Positions 53,152 to 64,000 of a stretch of 64,000 bases of DNA are shown here, piece after piece (position 1 is the stretch's first letter; each line of letters opens with the position of its first letter). The notes under the pieces are model-generated. The model saw only the letters and a list, made by a program, of their open reading frames with translations. It ran no database searches and was not told the DNA's origin. The stretch is taken from positions 240,498,001-240,562,000 of the forward strand of contig OZ024742.1 of NCBI GenBank assembly GCA_964016885.1, read 5' to 3'. Position numbers and translations under genes: made by a program. The DNA is from Eledone cirrhosa (lineage: Eukaryota).

Positions 53152-53218
53152 CTTGTTTATAAGCTCTGATGATTCCTGCCATAGGGTATGGATGAAACAC
53201 TGTTAGCTAATAAAACAA
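53152..53218 (+). ncRNA. Hammerhead ribozyme with intact core in a ~400-bp TA-flanked element (52963-53366)
   Basis: UUGUUUAU-A-AGCU-CUGAUGA-U-UCCUGCC-AUAG-GGUAUGGA-U-GAAAC-ACU-GUU^AGCU-A-AUAAAACAA. Extended stem I, short stem III. Confidence 0.8.
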
Positions 53219-53362
53219 TGTATTTATAAGCACTCTTTGTTTATTCCTATAATTATAACGGCTCTGTAGTATACTAGTTATCCTACATTGAGCTAAAACC
53301 ACATTGTCATACCAAGGGTAATATATCTGCATGTCTGGGCACATTGATATATTTGTCAACGA

Positions 53363-53396
<34 letters not shown>

Positions 53397-53421
53397 CTAA
53401 TATATGTATATATATATATAT

Positions 53422-54212
53422 AATTCTATAAAATGCACACAATGCAGATCCTGGGTACACAAGAGATGTAGCGGAATAGCAGGCAAACTAACAGGTAGGG
53501 AGAAATATGTATGCAGTAGATATACAGAGAAATTAGACACTAGAAGTCGCATTGATAGACACATTTTTCAAATGCAGGAGGGTGCTATAGAAGTGGTGGA
53601 TAGCTTCCGGTACCTAGGAGATCAGATTAGCATGGGAGGAGGGTGTTCCGAGGCCATAGTATCTAGAATAAGGACGGGTTGGAAAAAGTTTAGGGAGCTG
53701 CCTCCTCTGTTGACGAAGAAGGGTTTCTCCCTGCGTACGAAAGGCCGGTTGTACGATGCCTGTGTGAGGAGCGCGATGCTGCATGGTAGTGAGACATGGG
53801 CAGCAACTGCAGAGGTTATGCGACGGCTGGAGAGAAATGAGGCAAGCATGCTCCGTTGGATAAATGTGCGTGAACGACCCAGCATAAATGTGTTGAGAGA
53901 GAAACTGTGTCTGAGAGGGATAGAATGTAGTGTACGGGAGAGGAGACTGAGATGGTATGGACATGTGATGCGCATGGAGGATGACCGATGGGTGAAGAAG
54001 TGCCAGGAAATGCCAGTTGAAGGAAGACGTGGTAGAGGTAGACCACGAAAAACATGGGCGGAGGTGGTGAGAACAGACCTCAGATCATTGAAGCTCACGG
54101 TGGAGATGACGAAGGACCGTGACAAGTGGAGAGATGCTGCGCTGAATAAGACCCGTCCCACCCTTGCAGGCAGGGAAAAGCGGACATAAAATGATGACGA
54201 CGACGACGACGT
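53422..54212 (+). mobile_element. RTE LINE family C, 5'-truncated
   Basis: Second half of the PHD-like finger, FRYLG, RWYGHVMR, RGRPRKTW. (GAT/GAC)n tail. The 5' end lies in (TA)n. Confidence 0.92.
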
Positions 54213-54427
54213 AGTATTATATATATCATCATTATCACCGTTTTACATTCGTTCTTATACACTAGCATGGGTTAGACGGGTTGTCCTGTTGTGGGCAATA
54301 CCAGGTCAGGTGACAATGTCTTGCTCATATGGAACTGATTTTGGCTTGATTTCTACAGCTGGATGCCCTTCCTAACACCAACCTCATTTACAGTGAGTAC
54401 TGGGTACTTTTTTACCGTGGTGCCTAC

Positions 54428-55192
54428 ATAACCACTTTACAGTGTGGTATATACACATCCGTATATGGACGATACGGATATGTATATACTATAACATACA
54501 CTATTTGGAGATACGGATGTTACAATTCAATCTATACACGTATAGCAGAACATTGACCTGAACTTACTTGCGTGTGTATAGGGTTGCGCTTGACCCAATT
54601 TTTCCAATTTACATCGTCAATTTGAGATTTGACTAATATAACATTTGTTGTTTTGTAAACTAACTTTCGGTGAATACTATATTGGTATATTTATATTTTT
54701 TCTTTAACCTCTTGTCGGTGTGTGTGAGTGTGTGTGTACTCACTCACACTAATTGTGACTGTCTATAGTTCTACAGATTTGATGGTATGTTGGTATATGT
54801 ATATATATATTTTTTCTTTGACCTCGCGTCATGTGTGTGTGTGTGTGTGTACCCACTCACATTAACTGTGACCAACTGTAATTCTACAGATTTGATTGAT
54901 GTCCAGCGTCTTTTACAGCTATTGGGAGATAGAGACTTGATAGTTTTATGACCCTAACTGAGGATGATAGCAGTCGCCGTGTTTTGACTGTTTGATCTTC
55001 ATATGAGGGACTAAACTCTGTGAGTGAATACTGTTAATTTTCTCCCTCATATCAAGGATTTGAAGACAATTCATTTTCACCTGACGAGATCAGTGATAAT
55101 CGATCATGGCTACACAATCGATCTATCTCTTATTGAAATGTGTCATGATTAAAATGATTGGAAATTTATACCATGCCTTCGGATCTTTATTT

Positions 55193-55195
<3 letters not shown>
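54428..55195 (+). mobile_element. Probable PLE-like 3' terminus with decayed hammerhead
   Basis: Short foldback at the start (54428-54489), HHR remnant at 55070-55158, ends in (TA)n. Confidence 0.55.
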
Positions 55196-55227
<32 letters not shown>

Positions 55228-55230
<3 letters not shown>

Positions 55231-55527
55231 TCATCATCATCATCGTTTAACATCCATGTTCCACGCTTGCATGGGTTTGGACGGGAGTTTTCCCACTTGA
55301 GGCAACAGTGGTTGTCATTGCTCGCATAGGACTGTCTGGCGGGTTTTCTACGGCTGGATGCCCTTCCTAACACCAACCACAATTACAGTGTGGGAATGGG
55401 AGGTTTTTACTGTGTTGCCTACACGGCCACATTACAGCGTGGACTGTGTGTTTTTTTGTCGTGACACCTACACGATCTCATTTGTTTCGGCCTGGATGTT
55501 GTGGCACCAACATAACTTTACATTGAA
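55228..55527 (-). mobile_element. RTE family A 3' UTR fragment
   Basis: Near-identical to 2474-2772, flanked by microsatellite on both sides. Confidence 0.85.
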
Positions 55528-56226
55528 ATATATATATATGGATGTATGTATATATATATATGGATGTATGTATATATATATATATATGTATGTATATATA
55601 TGTATATATATATGTATGTATATATATATATCATCATCATCATCATCATCATTTTACGTCCGCTTTTCCCTGCTTGCAAGGGTGGGACGGGAACTGATTC
55701 TGGCTTGATTTCTACAGCTGGATGCCCTTCCTAACACCAACCTCATTTATAGTGAGTGCTGGGTGCTTTTTTTCTGTGGCACCTACACGTCCACTTTACA
55801 GTGTGGGCTGGGTACTTTTTTGCCGTGGCACCTCCACGACCACTTTGCAGTGGAATGATAGGGACCCCACTCCCTATCATCTCATTTCTTTTCGATTGCA
55901 AGGCCAATGCTCTAACCACTAAGCCATGTATATATATATATACCTGCAGAGCAAATATCTATTGCTATTTGGCAGTATCGGTAGAGGGTCGGACACCATG
56001 CTTTCCAGCATAGTTACGTCCCTTTATGTTCTGAGTTCAAATCCCGCCGAGGTTAACTTTGCCTTTCATCCTTGCGGGGTCGATAAAATAAAGTACCATT
56101 AATGTACTAGATAATTGCTGGCTTTGTGCCAAAAGTAGAAACAATTATTAATATTCCTATAATAACCTATTTGTTAGTTATTTAACTATGACATGCATGC
56201 ATGCATACATACATACATACATATAT

Positions 56227-56831
56227 GGTGGCTGCCAACTCGTTTTCGAGTACGGCCACTACTTTATATCCATGTAGGAGAACCCCTACCGATGCGCTGA
56301 ACGAGTGTGGCTTTTTAGTCCAGCCAGCGACTTGAAAACTCTGGTACAAACACTACATTTGTGACAATTATTGACACATAGTGCTGGGCCCATGGTACCA
56401 TGTGGCAAGTGCAGAGAGATCTCCAGATACAAAGCAATGCCTGTGCCGTGAAGCTTTTATAGTGAGCAAAGGTACTGCACAAAGCCAGTCCCACTCTCTT
56501 AACCAAGATGATATTTACCAAAAAGAAGAACAAGTCAACATCATTGGATACCATCAGGGTTGCAGGTGTTATATCAGAGTTTTCCTTCTCCTAGAATTCT
56601 GCCTTGACAAAGGCTAAGGGGTCATCTCTCACGGTGAATTTGGATGGCCATTGACTCTTAAGAGCCCCTTTGCCCTTTGACAGGTTTTGTTTTTAGTCCT
56701 GCAGGATGTCCAAAGTCACCCTCCTCACCAAGAAACCTTGGTGGGGTTGCCAGTTTAGTCGCCAACGACCCGACCATGAGACAGGTTGTAATGGGATACA
56801 TGGTACCAGTAGCACCAACTGGTGACCTGAC
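56227..56831 (-). mobile_element. ~610-bp non-autonomous RTE-derived element, copy 3
   Basis: Reverse complement of 623-1230 with the same termini and (CATA)n on both sides. Confidence 0.8.
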
Positions 56832-57016
56832 ATACATACATACATACATGTATTGAGGTCAATATGATCAAGAAAATTAAAGCAGTGCTCCAGCATAGCC
56901 ACACTCTAATGACTACAAATAGCAAAGGAAAATAACAAAAGAATGTATTGTTAGCTTTTAATGTCCTAGACTACATGGAACTCAATGGAAGATAATATTA
57001 GAGAAAAGCAATGCTG

Positions 57017-58531
57017 AATGAAAATAAAAGTAATATATATAAACATACACATACCGATCATAATTAAATATGGAATGATACGCGATGCCCCCCCCCCCAC
57101 ACACAACCTCAGCTGTCAGAATATGGAGAAGGCGTTTCCCCGGAGGACGGAAAGGGAGACACGCTGGAAAAGCCACTCCAACTCGCAGGGACACACCTGC
57201 GGCTGGCCAGCTCAGCGCCTATGGTGGTGAGTAGGGAGGTAGCCAGAAGTCTCCATTGCCAGGGGTACAACCGTAAACCTGTCGGAGAGCTACTGGTATT
57301 TGAGGAGTTTAGAACCCGGGTTAGTCACAGACTGCACCAGGTTGCGGCTGCAGTAAGTGTCGGTGCAAGTGGCATCCCAGACGAGGGGTTTGCCACCGCA
57401 GAACGGGAAGATGGTCATGTCATCTGGCTTTTTGCCGTCCCCTCGGTCCAACCTCACCGGTCCGAGCTGGGAAGGGAAGCCTGCAGCGTCCAAGCCATGC
57501 TTTATGACCTCGTTGAAGGCAGCATCGCGTAGAAGGCGGCTGGCACTGTGGCAACAGGAAAGCGGGTGGAGGCCGAAGGGTCTACGGTGGATCCACAGCG
57601 ACATTGGTGTGGCTCACAGATCCGGAGGCCGAGCCTCAAGGAAACGCCAATGCACAGGCTATTATTGTCTAGTTGCGTGCCTGTGGAGAAGGAGGGCAGG
57701 GCATGGAGCCAGGCACCACTGTGGTGTTTGGAGGCCGCACGAAAACAGGCAAGGCGGTGCTGGTCGAGCTGGCACGTGAGCCTGTCTGAGGCCAGGCTGC
57801 ACTGGATGGCATCCCAAGTGTTTTGGGGGGGGGGGGGGACTTGACGTCAACAGGGGGAGAAGGAGGAGGGACGTCTGCTGGGCTGAGTCCCAGCCAGTCC
57901 CACGACTCACAGGCGGTCTCACGTTCTCTGAATACAGAGGGTTCTATTGTGTTTAGAAGAACCCTGCTGACGAGGACGCGACATGAGATTACCGACGAAA
58001 GATACGCTGGAAAAGCCAGTGAGATCGGGGACCAGAGGCAAAGGCCGCCATACCTGACAGGTAAAGTGGCCTGTTGCCATCCAATGTTGTCAAACTTGAC
58101 GTCGCATATCTCCCCGGCTGCTTCTCGGATACAAGTATCGAGGTCAGCGAGGAGAGATGTGTGAGTGCTGCGAAGGGTATAGAAGAGCTTCGGCATGGCG
58201 AAGCAGTTCCTCAACAGAAAGAGGGCTGGCTGGCCGTCGATCAAGCCCAGTCGGCTTGTGTTAAGTCTGGAGTTATTGAAGCCTGGACCTGATGGTGGAT
58301 TGGTGACCCGAGGATGGGGACATCCTCTTTGGGGGTCACCTGTACCTGGTGGAGAATGGACCGCACGTCCGAGACAGAGGCTGCAAAGCTCTCAGCATCG
58401 TGGCTGACATTCACCACCTCCGACTTGGCCAAGTTGACCTGGAGGCCGATTCCTGCCAGGGCAGGAACCACCGATTGTAGGTCATGGCAGACAGTCTGTA
58501 CCGGTCCACCCAACAAAGCATCATCCAGATA
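57017..58531 (-). mobile_element. CRE-clade non-LTR retrotransposon (RT + restriction-like endonuclease), 5'-truncated and frameshifted
   Basis: YLDDALLGGP, GLQVNLAKSE, LLRNCFAMPKLFYTLRS, QATLPVRYGGL, GLHPLSC, DGKKPD..PLVWDATCTDT, WLFQRVSLSVLRGNA. GC-rich relative to its flanks. Confidence 0.85.
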
Positions 58532-58745
58532 CTCAATTAAGAAGACATTCTTAAAATGTACAAAACTGTATTATGATTACATCAGATTCAAAACTAAAGT
58601 TCTTACTGTAGTTTACTGCAAACTTTCACAAAATTCTATCCACTAGTAAACATAGTGTAAACATTTGAATTAATAAACTTCTTTTTAGATATTTTCTGTT
58701 ACATTATTATAGCATGTAAATGTTAATGTGCTTTTCCTTTTGCAG

Positions 58746-58908
58746 GTGTCTAGAAAACTGGGATTATAATGTGGTGTCAAAGAATTTGAATCGTAGTGTT
58801 GGACGTGGCAGAAGTGCTGCTGGCTTGCGATCTGCTGGTAGCTTGAAGTATGGGCAAATACCTTTAACTTATTCTCGACCTGCTTATTACAATAATAAAC
58901 CTGCTGAG
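58746..58908 (+). CDS. Same gene, exon with RGRSAAG motif
   Basis: ttttgcag acceptor, GTATGT donor, phase 2 to 0. CLENWDY...GRGRSAAGLRSAG...NNKPAE resembles the RGRGAAG motif of A1CF/RBM47. Confidence 0.85.
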
Positions 58909-59427
58909 GTATGTTTTACATACTATTTTTTTTTGTGAATAATATATGCTGTTCATAAAAATATTATATACATTAGAATATATATATATATATGTGTGTG
59001 TGTGGGGAGGCATGTGGCCTAGTGGTAAGAGTGTTGGACTTAAAATCATATCGTTGTAGGTTCATTTCCTGGGTTGCATGTTGTGTTCTTGAGCAAAACA
59101 CTTCATTTCACGTTGCTCCAGTATACTCAGCTGAAAATTAGTGCCAGCAATAGCTGGGGGTTTAACCCTGCGATGGACTGGTGTCCTGTCCGGGGTGGGG
59201 GGTCTTGCACTCAGTTGCTTCACGCCATGAAACTGGGATAAGCACCGACCAAATGAGCCTTCTGGCTTAAGACAGACTTTAGACATATATATATATAACA
59301 AAGGAAGTGTGGTAAGGAACCAGATGGACCATAATGCACCAGAGTACTCAATACTTAGGGTAGTAGAGTGGGTAATAGGAAAATATTTAACCCCGACGGC
59401 AGAGCTCACGCCGTTTCGACGGCTATT

Positions 59428-61575
59428 TCAGCCCGGGTCGTTATGGGGTTTGAGGGCGAGGTAAGTCCTACGCAATCTGTGTTTGCATGCAGTTACCAGT
59501 TCGTCTTTCTTGTTTAGGAGTTGGTCCTTCGAAAACAGCATTTGTAATGTTTCCTCCGAGCATAAGTTACACGGATGGCGTCCTCCCGTGTAAGAGTTAG
59601 CTCTGGACAGTAAGCTCCAAGTGAGATTGTAGGTTATATTATTATCTTGGAGGTCCCAGATGTGGCCCGAAAGTGTAGTGGCATGTCGCCGGACCGGGTT
59701 TCGGAAAGTATGTCGGTGTTGGTAGAGCCGGCTCTTGAAGTCACACGCGGTTAATCCTATATAAGCTTTGTTGGAGGTGTCCATCCTCATGTTGCACTGG
59801 TAGATCACGTTACGTTCTCAGCATTTGTTGTTGAGGGGGCACGTAGATCTATCAGAGCAGTTACACCTGGTCGGCTCTCCACTGATGTCTAATTTATTTC
59901 TTCCATAGGGGTTGAGTTTTTTGTTGTTTGAGGAGACAATGTTTTGTGCGAAGTTAGGTGTGGTGCTGTAGGAGAGTTTGATGGTGTTTTTGTTGATTAT
60001 GTTGTGGTAGCGGTGTTGTAGTGGGAAGTGTTTTTCGAGGAGTCTAAAGAAGATTTTCCCGATAGGTGTTGCCACCTCTGCATTATGGGGAGGATTGAAC
60101 CATGTTACGTTGTGTGAGCAGTGGTGTCGCCTGCTGGTTCCACTCAGGGAAGCTGGATAAAAGGATATTTCCTCCCAGAAGCCACTCCGCTTGAGGGCCT
60201 GGTTGTAATGTGGCGCGTGTTCATCAAATATCTGCTCATTAGCGGACAAACGAGATATGCAGAGGGAAATGTTTTTAACCAGGTTATTGGTGATGTTTCT
60301 AGGATGGTTAGAGCGGCGGTGGATGTAGTGCAGGTTGTCGTTTGGTTTGCTATATGGGTAGTACAGATCATTTTCGAGGTTAAGGGTAACGTCCAGGAAA
60401 TTAACTCAGGTTAGGAACGTTTGTAGGGTGATTTTAAATCCCCAGTCCCGGAAGAAGTTGATTAGTTGTTTACATACCCGGTCTGTACTACTGGAGTTGT
60501 ACCCTTTGAGAGTGAGGAGCCCATCATCCCGGTACAATCCACCGCCGAATGCAGGCAACATTTCGGTGAGTTTAAATAGTAGGAATAATCCTATAAGATC
60601 TGTGACCTCGGCCGAATCCGTCGTGCCCATACTGACGTCGAAGGGGGAGTTGGGAGCTCTCTTTATCCACTTGGAGTTGTCGAAAAGTAGGACTGTCTTC
60701 CTGGCATGGAGAATGATATTTCTTTCCTGGTCAGTGATGGGTGTGAGTGTTTCGGCAAAGTCCAAGGCGGCCGTAAGGAGCGGTAAGGTAATAGATGCAT
60801 AGTAACTCTCTATGTCAAACTGGATGAGTTTTGTGTCTCGTTTGTCCTCCATATTCCTGAACCACGAGATTACTTCCTGGGTGCTGACCCATAGGCTAAG
60901 TCTCACGTTTTGCTTAACTTTTGGTATAACTCGGTCTAGGATCTTTTTACTGATTCTCCCTATGTCCGACTTCGTTGGGTTTATAAGCCTAATGGATGGT
61001 TTGCGGTCGAAGTCGGATTTGTGGTCCTTCAGTGTGAAGTAGGGAGTCCGTGGGTCTAGGGGTTCAGTGCGGTCGGCGACCCCTAGGCTAGAGGTAATTT
61101 GTTGTCCATCTCGATTTATGTCCTCGATAATTGAATGGTTAGCCTTTTTATAGGTGGAGTTTAGGCTGCTCCTGATCAGTGTGTGGTATCTGTCAGGGTT
61201 GACGAAGTAGATGTTTCCTGTTTTGTCCGAGTGCACCATGATGTCGTTGGTGTTTTCATATTCTGTTATTTTGCTACGGAGTTGTTGTAGGAATCTGTTG
61301 TGTCTGGGTTTGAATTTAATGCTCTTGACCAGGTGGAAAAGGTCGTTCTCGAAGGATGAGAGCATAGGGTTCGGAGGTGGAGATTTGTAGGTATTGAATC
61401 CGAATCTCTCCTTGGTCTCGAAGTCCTGATTGTCGCGGTATCTATCGTAGAAAAAAGTTCTCCATCTTAGTCTTTTCACAAAAAGGTCGATTTTTTGCAT
61501 GAGCATCCGAAGGTAAAGTTTTCTTGGTGGAACTGGGATGTTCTTGGTGGAGAAGTCGATGTTGTGTTTTCGCAT
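59428..61575 (-). pseudogene. PLE RT + GIY-YIG endonuclease ORF: single frame with two internal TGA codons
   Basis: MRKHNIDFSTKNIP..., QFDIESYY, FDVSMG, GLYRDDGL, NFLDVTL, WFNPP, CNC-x5-CP-x4-C, VIYQC..YIGLT..FKSR, CNLCSEE. ORFs 60406-61722, 59818-60249 and 59428-59808 are all in the same frame. Confidence 0.9.
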
Positions 61576-61760
61576 CGTGCGGGTGAAGAAACTTGAGCTA
61601 GGTGGAAAAGTCAGGATAAGGCATGGTAGAGTCGGAAAGTGCTCTACTACAGAGATAGGAGCTAAATAACAAAGGAATTGTGGTAAGGAACTAGATGGAC
61701 CATAACGCACCAGAGTACTCAATACTTAGGGTACTAGAGTTGGAAGTAGGAAAAAGTATG

Positions 61761-61857
61761 ACCCCAACGGCAGAGCTCAAGCCGTTTCAATGGCTATTTC
61801 TGGACTAAATTAACATTTTTAGCCCGGTGAATAAATAGCCGAACTTGTCAAGGGGGT
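61761..61857 (-). ncRNA. Hammerhead in the PLE pLTR, variant core UUGACAA
   Basis: CCCC-UUGACAA-GUU-CGGCUAUUU..AAAUAGCC..-GAAAC-GGC-(UUGAGCUCU)-GCC-GUU^GGGG. Mirror copy on + at 62571-62667. A 3' half with a GUC triplet lies at 59392-59430. Confidence 0.7.
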
Positions 61858-63789
61858 ACTTCCTTATATGGGAAGATTGTAGTTGTCAAGAGGATTGGTT
61901 AAAATTTGCTGTAAACACAAATAAGTCTATCATGGCATTTGGTGAGAGGTGGGGGTGGCTGAACTTCCTCTTTGTCTTCTTCTTCCCCCTGTCTCATCCT
62001 ATCACTTCCTTCCACCCCTATTTTCTTCCTTGTCTGCTTTCCCCTTTCGCCTACCCCGATGCAGCCCATCGGGCCTCTGTAGTATCAGTTACCCCACCCC
62101 TGTAATTTTAAGATAGAATTGGTCGATTACGTTTTACTAACTACTTATAACAGATGTGTTAAACCCCTTTAATTTTGTATTAGTTTTGTTACTACTCAAT
62201 TTCTATAAGTTTTTTTCTATTCTCAATTGTAATTGTAAGATAGCATTGTGATTTTTTTTATTCATTTCTCACTATCTAATTTTATATTTTTTTATATATT
62301 TTTTTATTTCTTTCTATTATCTTTTATTGTCTCCTACTCTCATTCGATTTACCTATTCTATAACCTCCCTCCTCCATTTCATACACTATCCTTAGATTCT
62401 GCTGTATACATATCACTTTCAACGCTTGACTGCTCCACTCACTCCCTATTGTTCTACAGGCAAGTTCAGCCACCCCCACCTCTCACCAAATGACATGATA
62501 GACTTATTTGTGTTTACAACAAATTTTAACCAATCCTCTTGACAACTACAATCTTCCCATATAAGGAAGTACCCCCTTGACAAGTTCGGCTATTTATTCA
62601 CCAGGCTAAAAATTCTAATTTAGTCCAGAAATAGCCGTTGAAACGGCTTGAGCTCTGCCATTGGGGTCATACTTTTTCCTACTTCCCACTCTACTACCCT
62701 AAGTATTGAGTACTCTGGTGTGTTATGGTCCATCTAGTTCCTTACCACAATTCCTTTGTTATATATATATATGTATATATATTTATTTATTTACACTATA
62801 TTTATACTGCTCATATCCTGAAACTGCTAACTATAGAAATATAGTTACCTGAAGGTTATGATCTAACCATACACATTTAATTAGGTTATGTTGATGGCCT
62901 TAAACACCTTAAATTTAACATCACAATAACAACAAGCATTTGAGGCCATTTTTGCTGCTAAAGCAAGAGTTAGCTTTGCATGGGGAGTGTAGGTATGACA
63001 AATTTCTCCACTTTACCCTATTGTATTTTCAGTATTCCGTTGCCATACTACCTCTCCTGGCTTTCATTTCCTCCTTCATCATCCCATGCCATTTCTTGAT
63101 CTTCCCCTACCTATTTTTCTTTCTCCATTAATTTCCATCACTTCTCTTACTCAGTTACTTTCATTGCCGTATTTCATTTAATCATTTGATTACAACCCGG
63201 GCCAAACCAGCTCTGATTCTTTGAAACAAAACCAATCTTTTTAAAGAGTTCCTATACAAATTAGAATTTTTCAAACATAATTTTATATCAGAACTATGTG
63301 ATTATTGGCAACATCATTAGCAGTGTCTTTCTTTAGATTTATGGTAATAAAAGTGACTGTGTCCCACAAGTGAGCAATTGGGATGTTCTGTGTGGGCCTT
63401 TGATCCTTTCAAATATCTATATATAAGATATAATATAATATGATATAACATACATGTGGGCCTTGGTCAACATTTAGAAATATCAAAAATGGCTCATTAC
63501 AAAAACAGTTGTTGATCCCTTGACTAATAATATCAACTTGGTCAAAACTGGCCCTGGTTCTATGAAACAAAACCACATGTTTTAAAGGGCTCTTATTTAA
63601 ATTAAAATCTTTTAACATCATTTTATATAAGAACTATAAGTCAAGTTGCAATCTTAGCAATTAAATAACTAATAATTTTAGTAAATCCCTCAAGGTTCTT
63701 AATTTATTAAAATAGAGTGTGTTTCATTAAAAATACAGTTACGAATGTGCTAAGTATCTAATGCTTTTTTGTTTTATTTCTGCTTCCAG

Positions 63790-63885
63790 GCTTTAGAGAA
63801 TATATGTTTAAAGAATGGATGGGGTACTCCAGTTTATCATCTATTAACTACCAACATAGGGGGCTATCAATGTTATATTTTTAAG
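63790..63885 (+). CDS. Same gene, first exon of the C-terminal dsRBD-like (DND1/A1CF-type) domain
   Basis: ttccag acceptor and GTAATT donor. ALENICLKNGWGTPVYHLLTTNIGGYQCYIFK resembles the A1CF motif LEEICQKNNWGQPVYQL...FLYK. Confidence 0.88.
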
Positions 63886-64000
63886 GTAATTGTACTCTTT
63901 ATTAAATAAAAGAAAAACAAACAAAATTTGATAGAGTGCTAGAAATAGTGTGCTAGATTTAAACCTTTTGGCACCTGGTATTGCGGCTGCTAGATGGTAC

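Larger units (their letters stand above)
59296..62761 (-). mobile_element. Penelope-like element (Naiad-type) with pLTRs and an inverted terminal copy
   Basis: Direct repeats 59296-59430 and 61667-61800. Inverted repeat 61667-61968 vs 62462-62761. (TA)n on both flanks. Confidence 0.92.

Noticed and set aside
62490-62570. SECIS element in the PLE 3' UTR (AUGA...GA)
   Set aside because: I could not form the required helix II and apical AA motif by eye.

Overview
This is AT-rich animal genomic DNA. The repeat landscape suggests a coleoid cephalopod, probably Octopus (inference). The window is mostly large introns of one + strand gene, an A1CF/RBM46/RBM47-family RNA-binding protein. Six frame-consistent exons are visible from 25448 to 63885, covering RRM3, the linker, an RG/AAG motif and the start of the dsRBD. 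The introns are full of mobile DNA: three RTE-clade LINE families carrying a PHD-like finger in ORF2 (one copy is full length), a ~610-bp non-autonomous RTE derivative, a full-length degraded Tx1/L1 LINE, a CRE-clade RLE retroelement, a Naiad-type Penelope-like element (PLE), a decayed Helitron, hAT and TTAA-type MITEs, tRNA-derived SINEs and several minisatellites. The most notable unannotated signal is about ten hammerhead-ribozyme (HHR) motifs in non-coding elements inserted into (TA)n microsatellites. They include a 615-bp tandem repeat with a near-canonical HHR (retrozyme candidate), a 202-bp-arm perfect palindrome, an intact HHR in the sense strand of the host intron, and a PLE HHR with a compensatory U3-A8 core. 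All folds and family assignments were made by eye, with no database searches.
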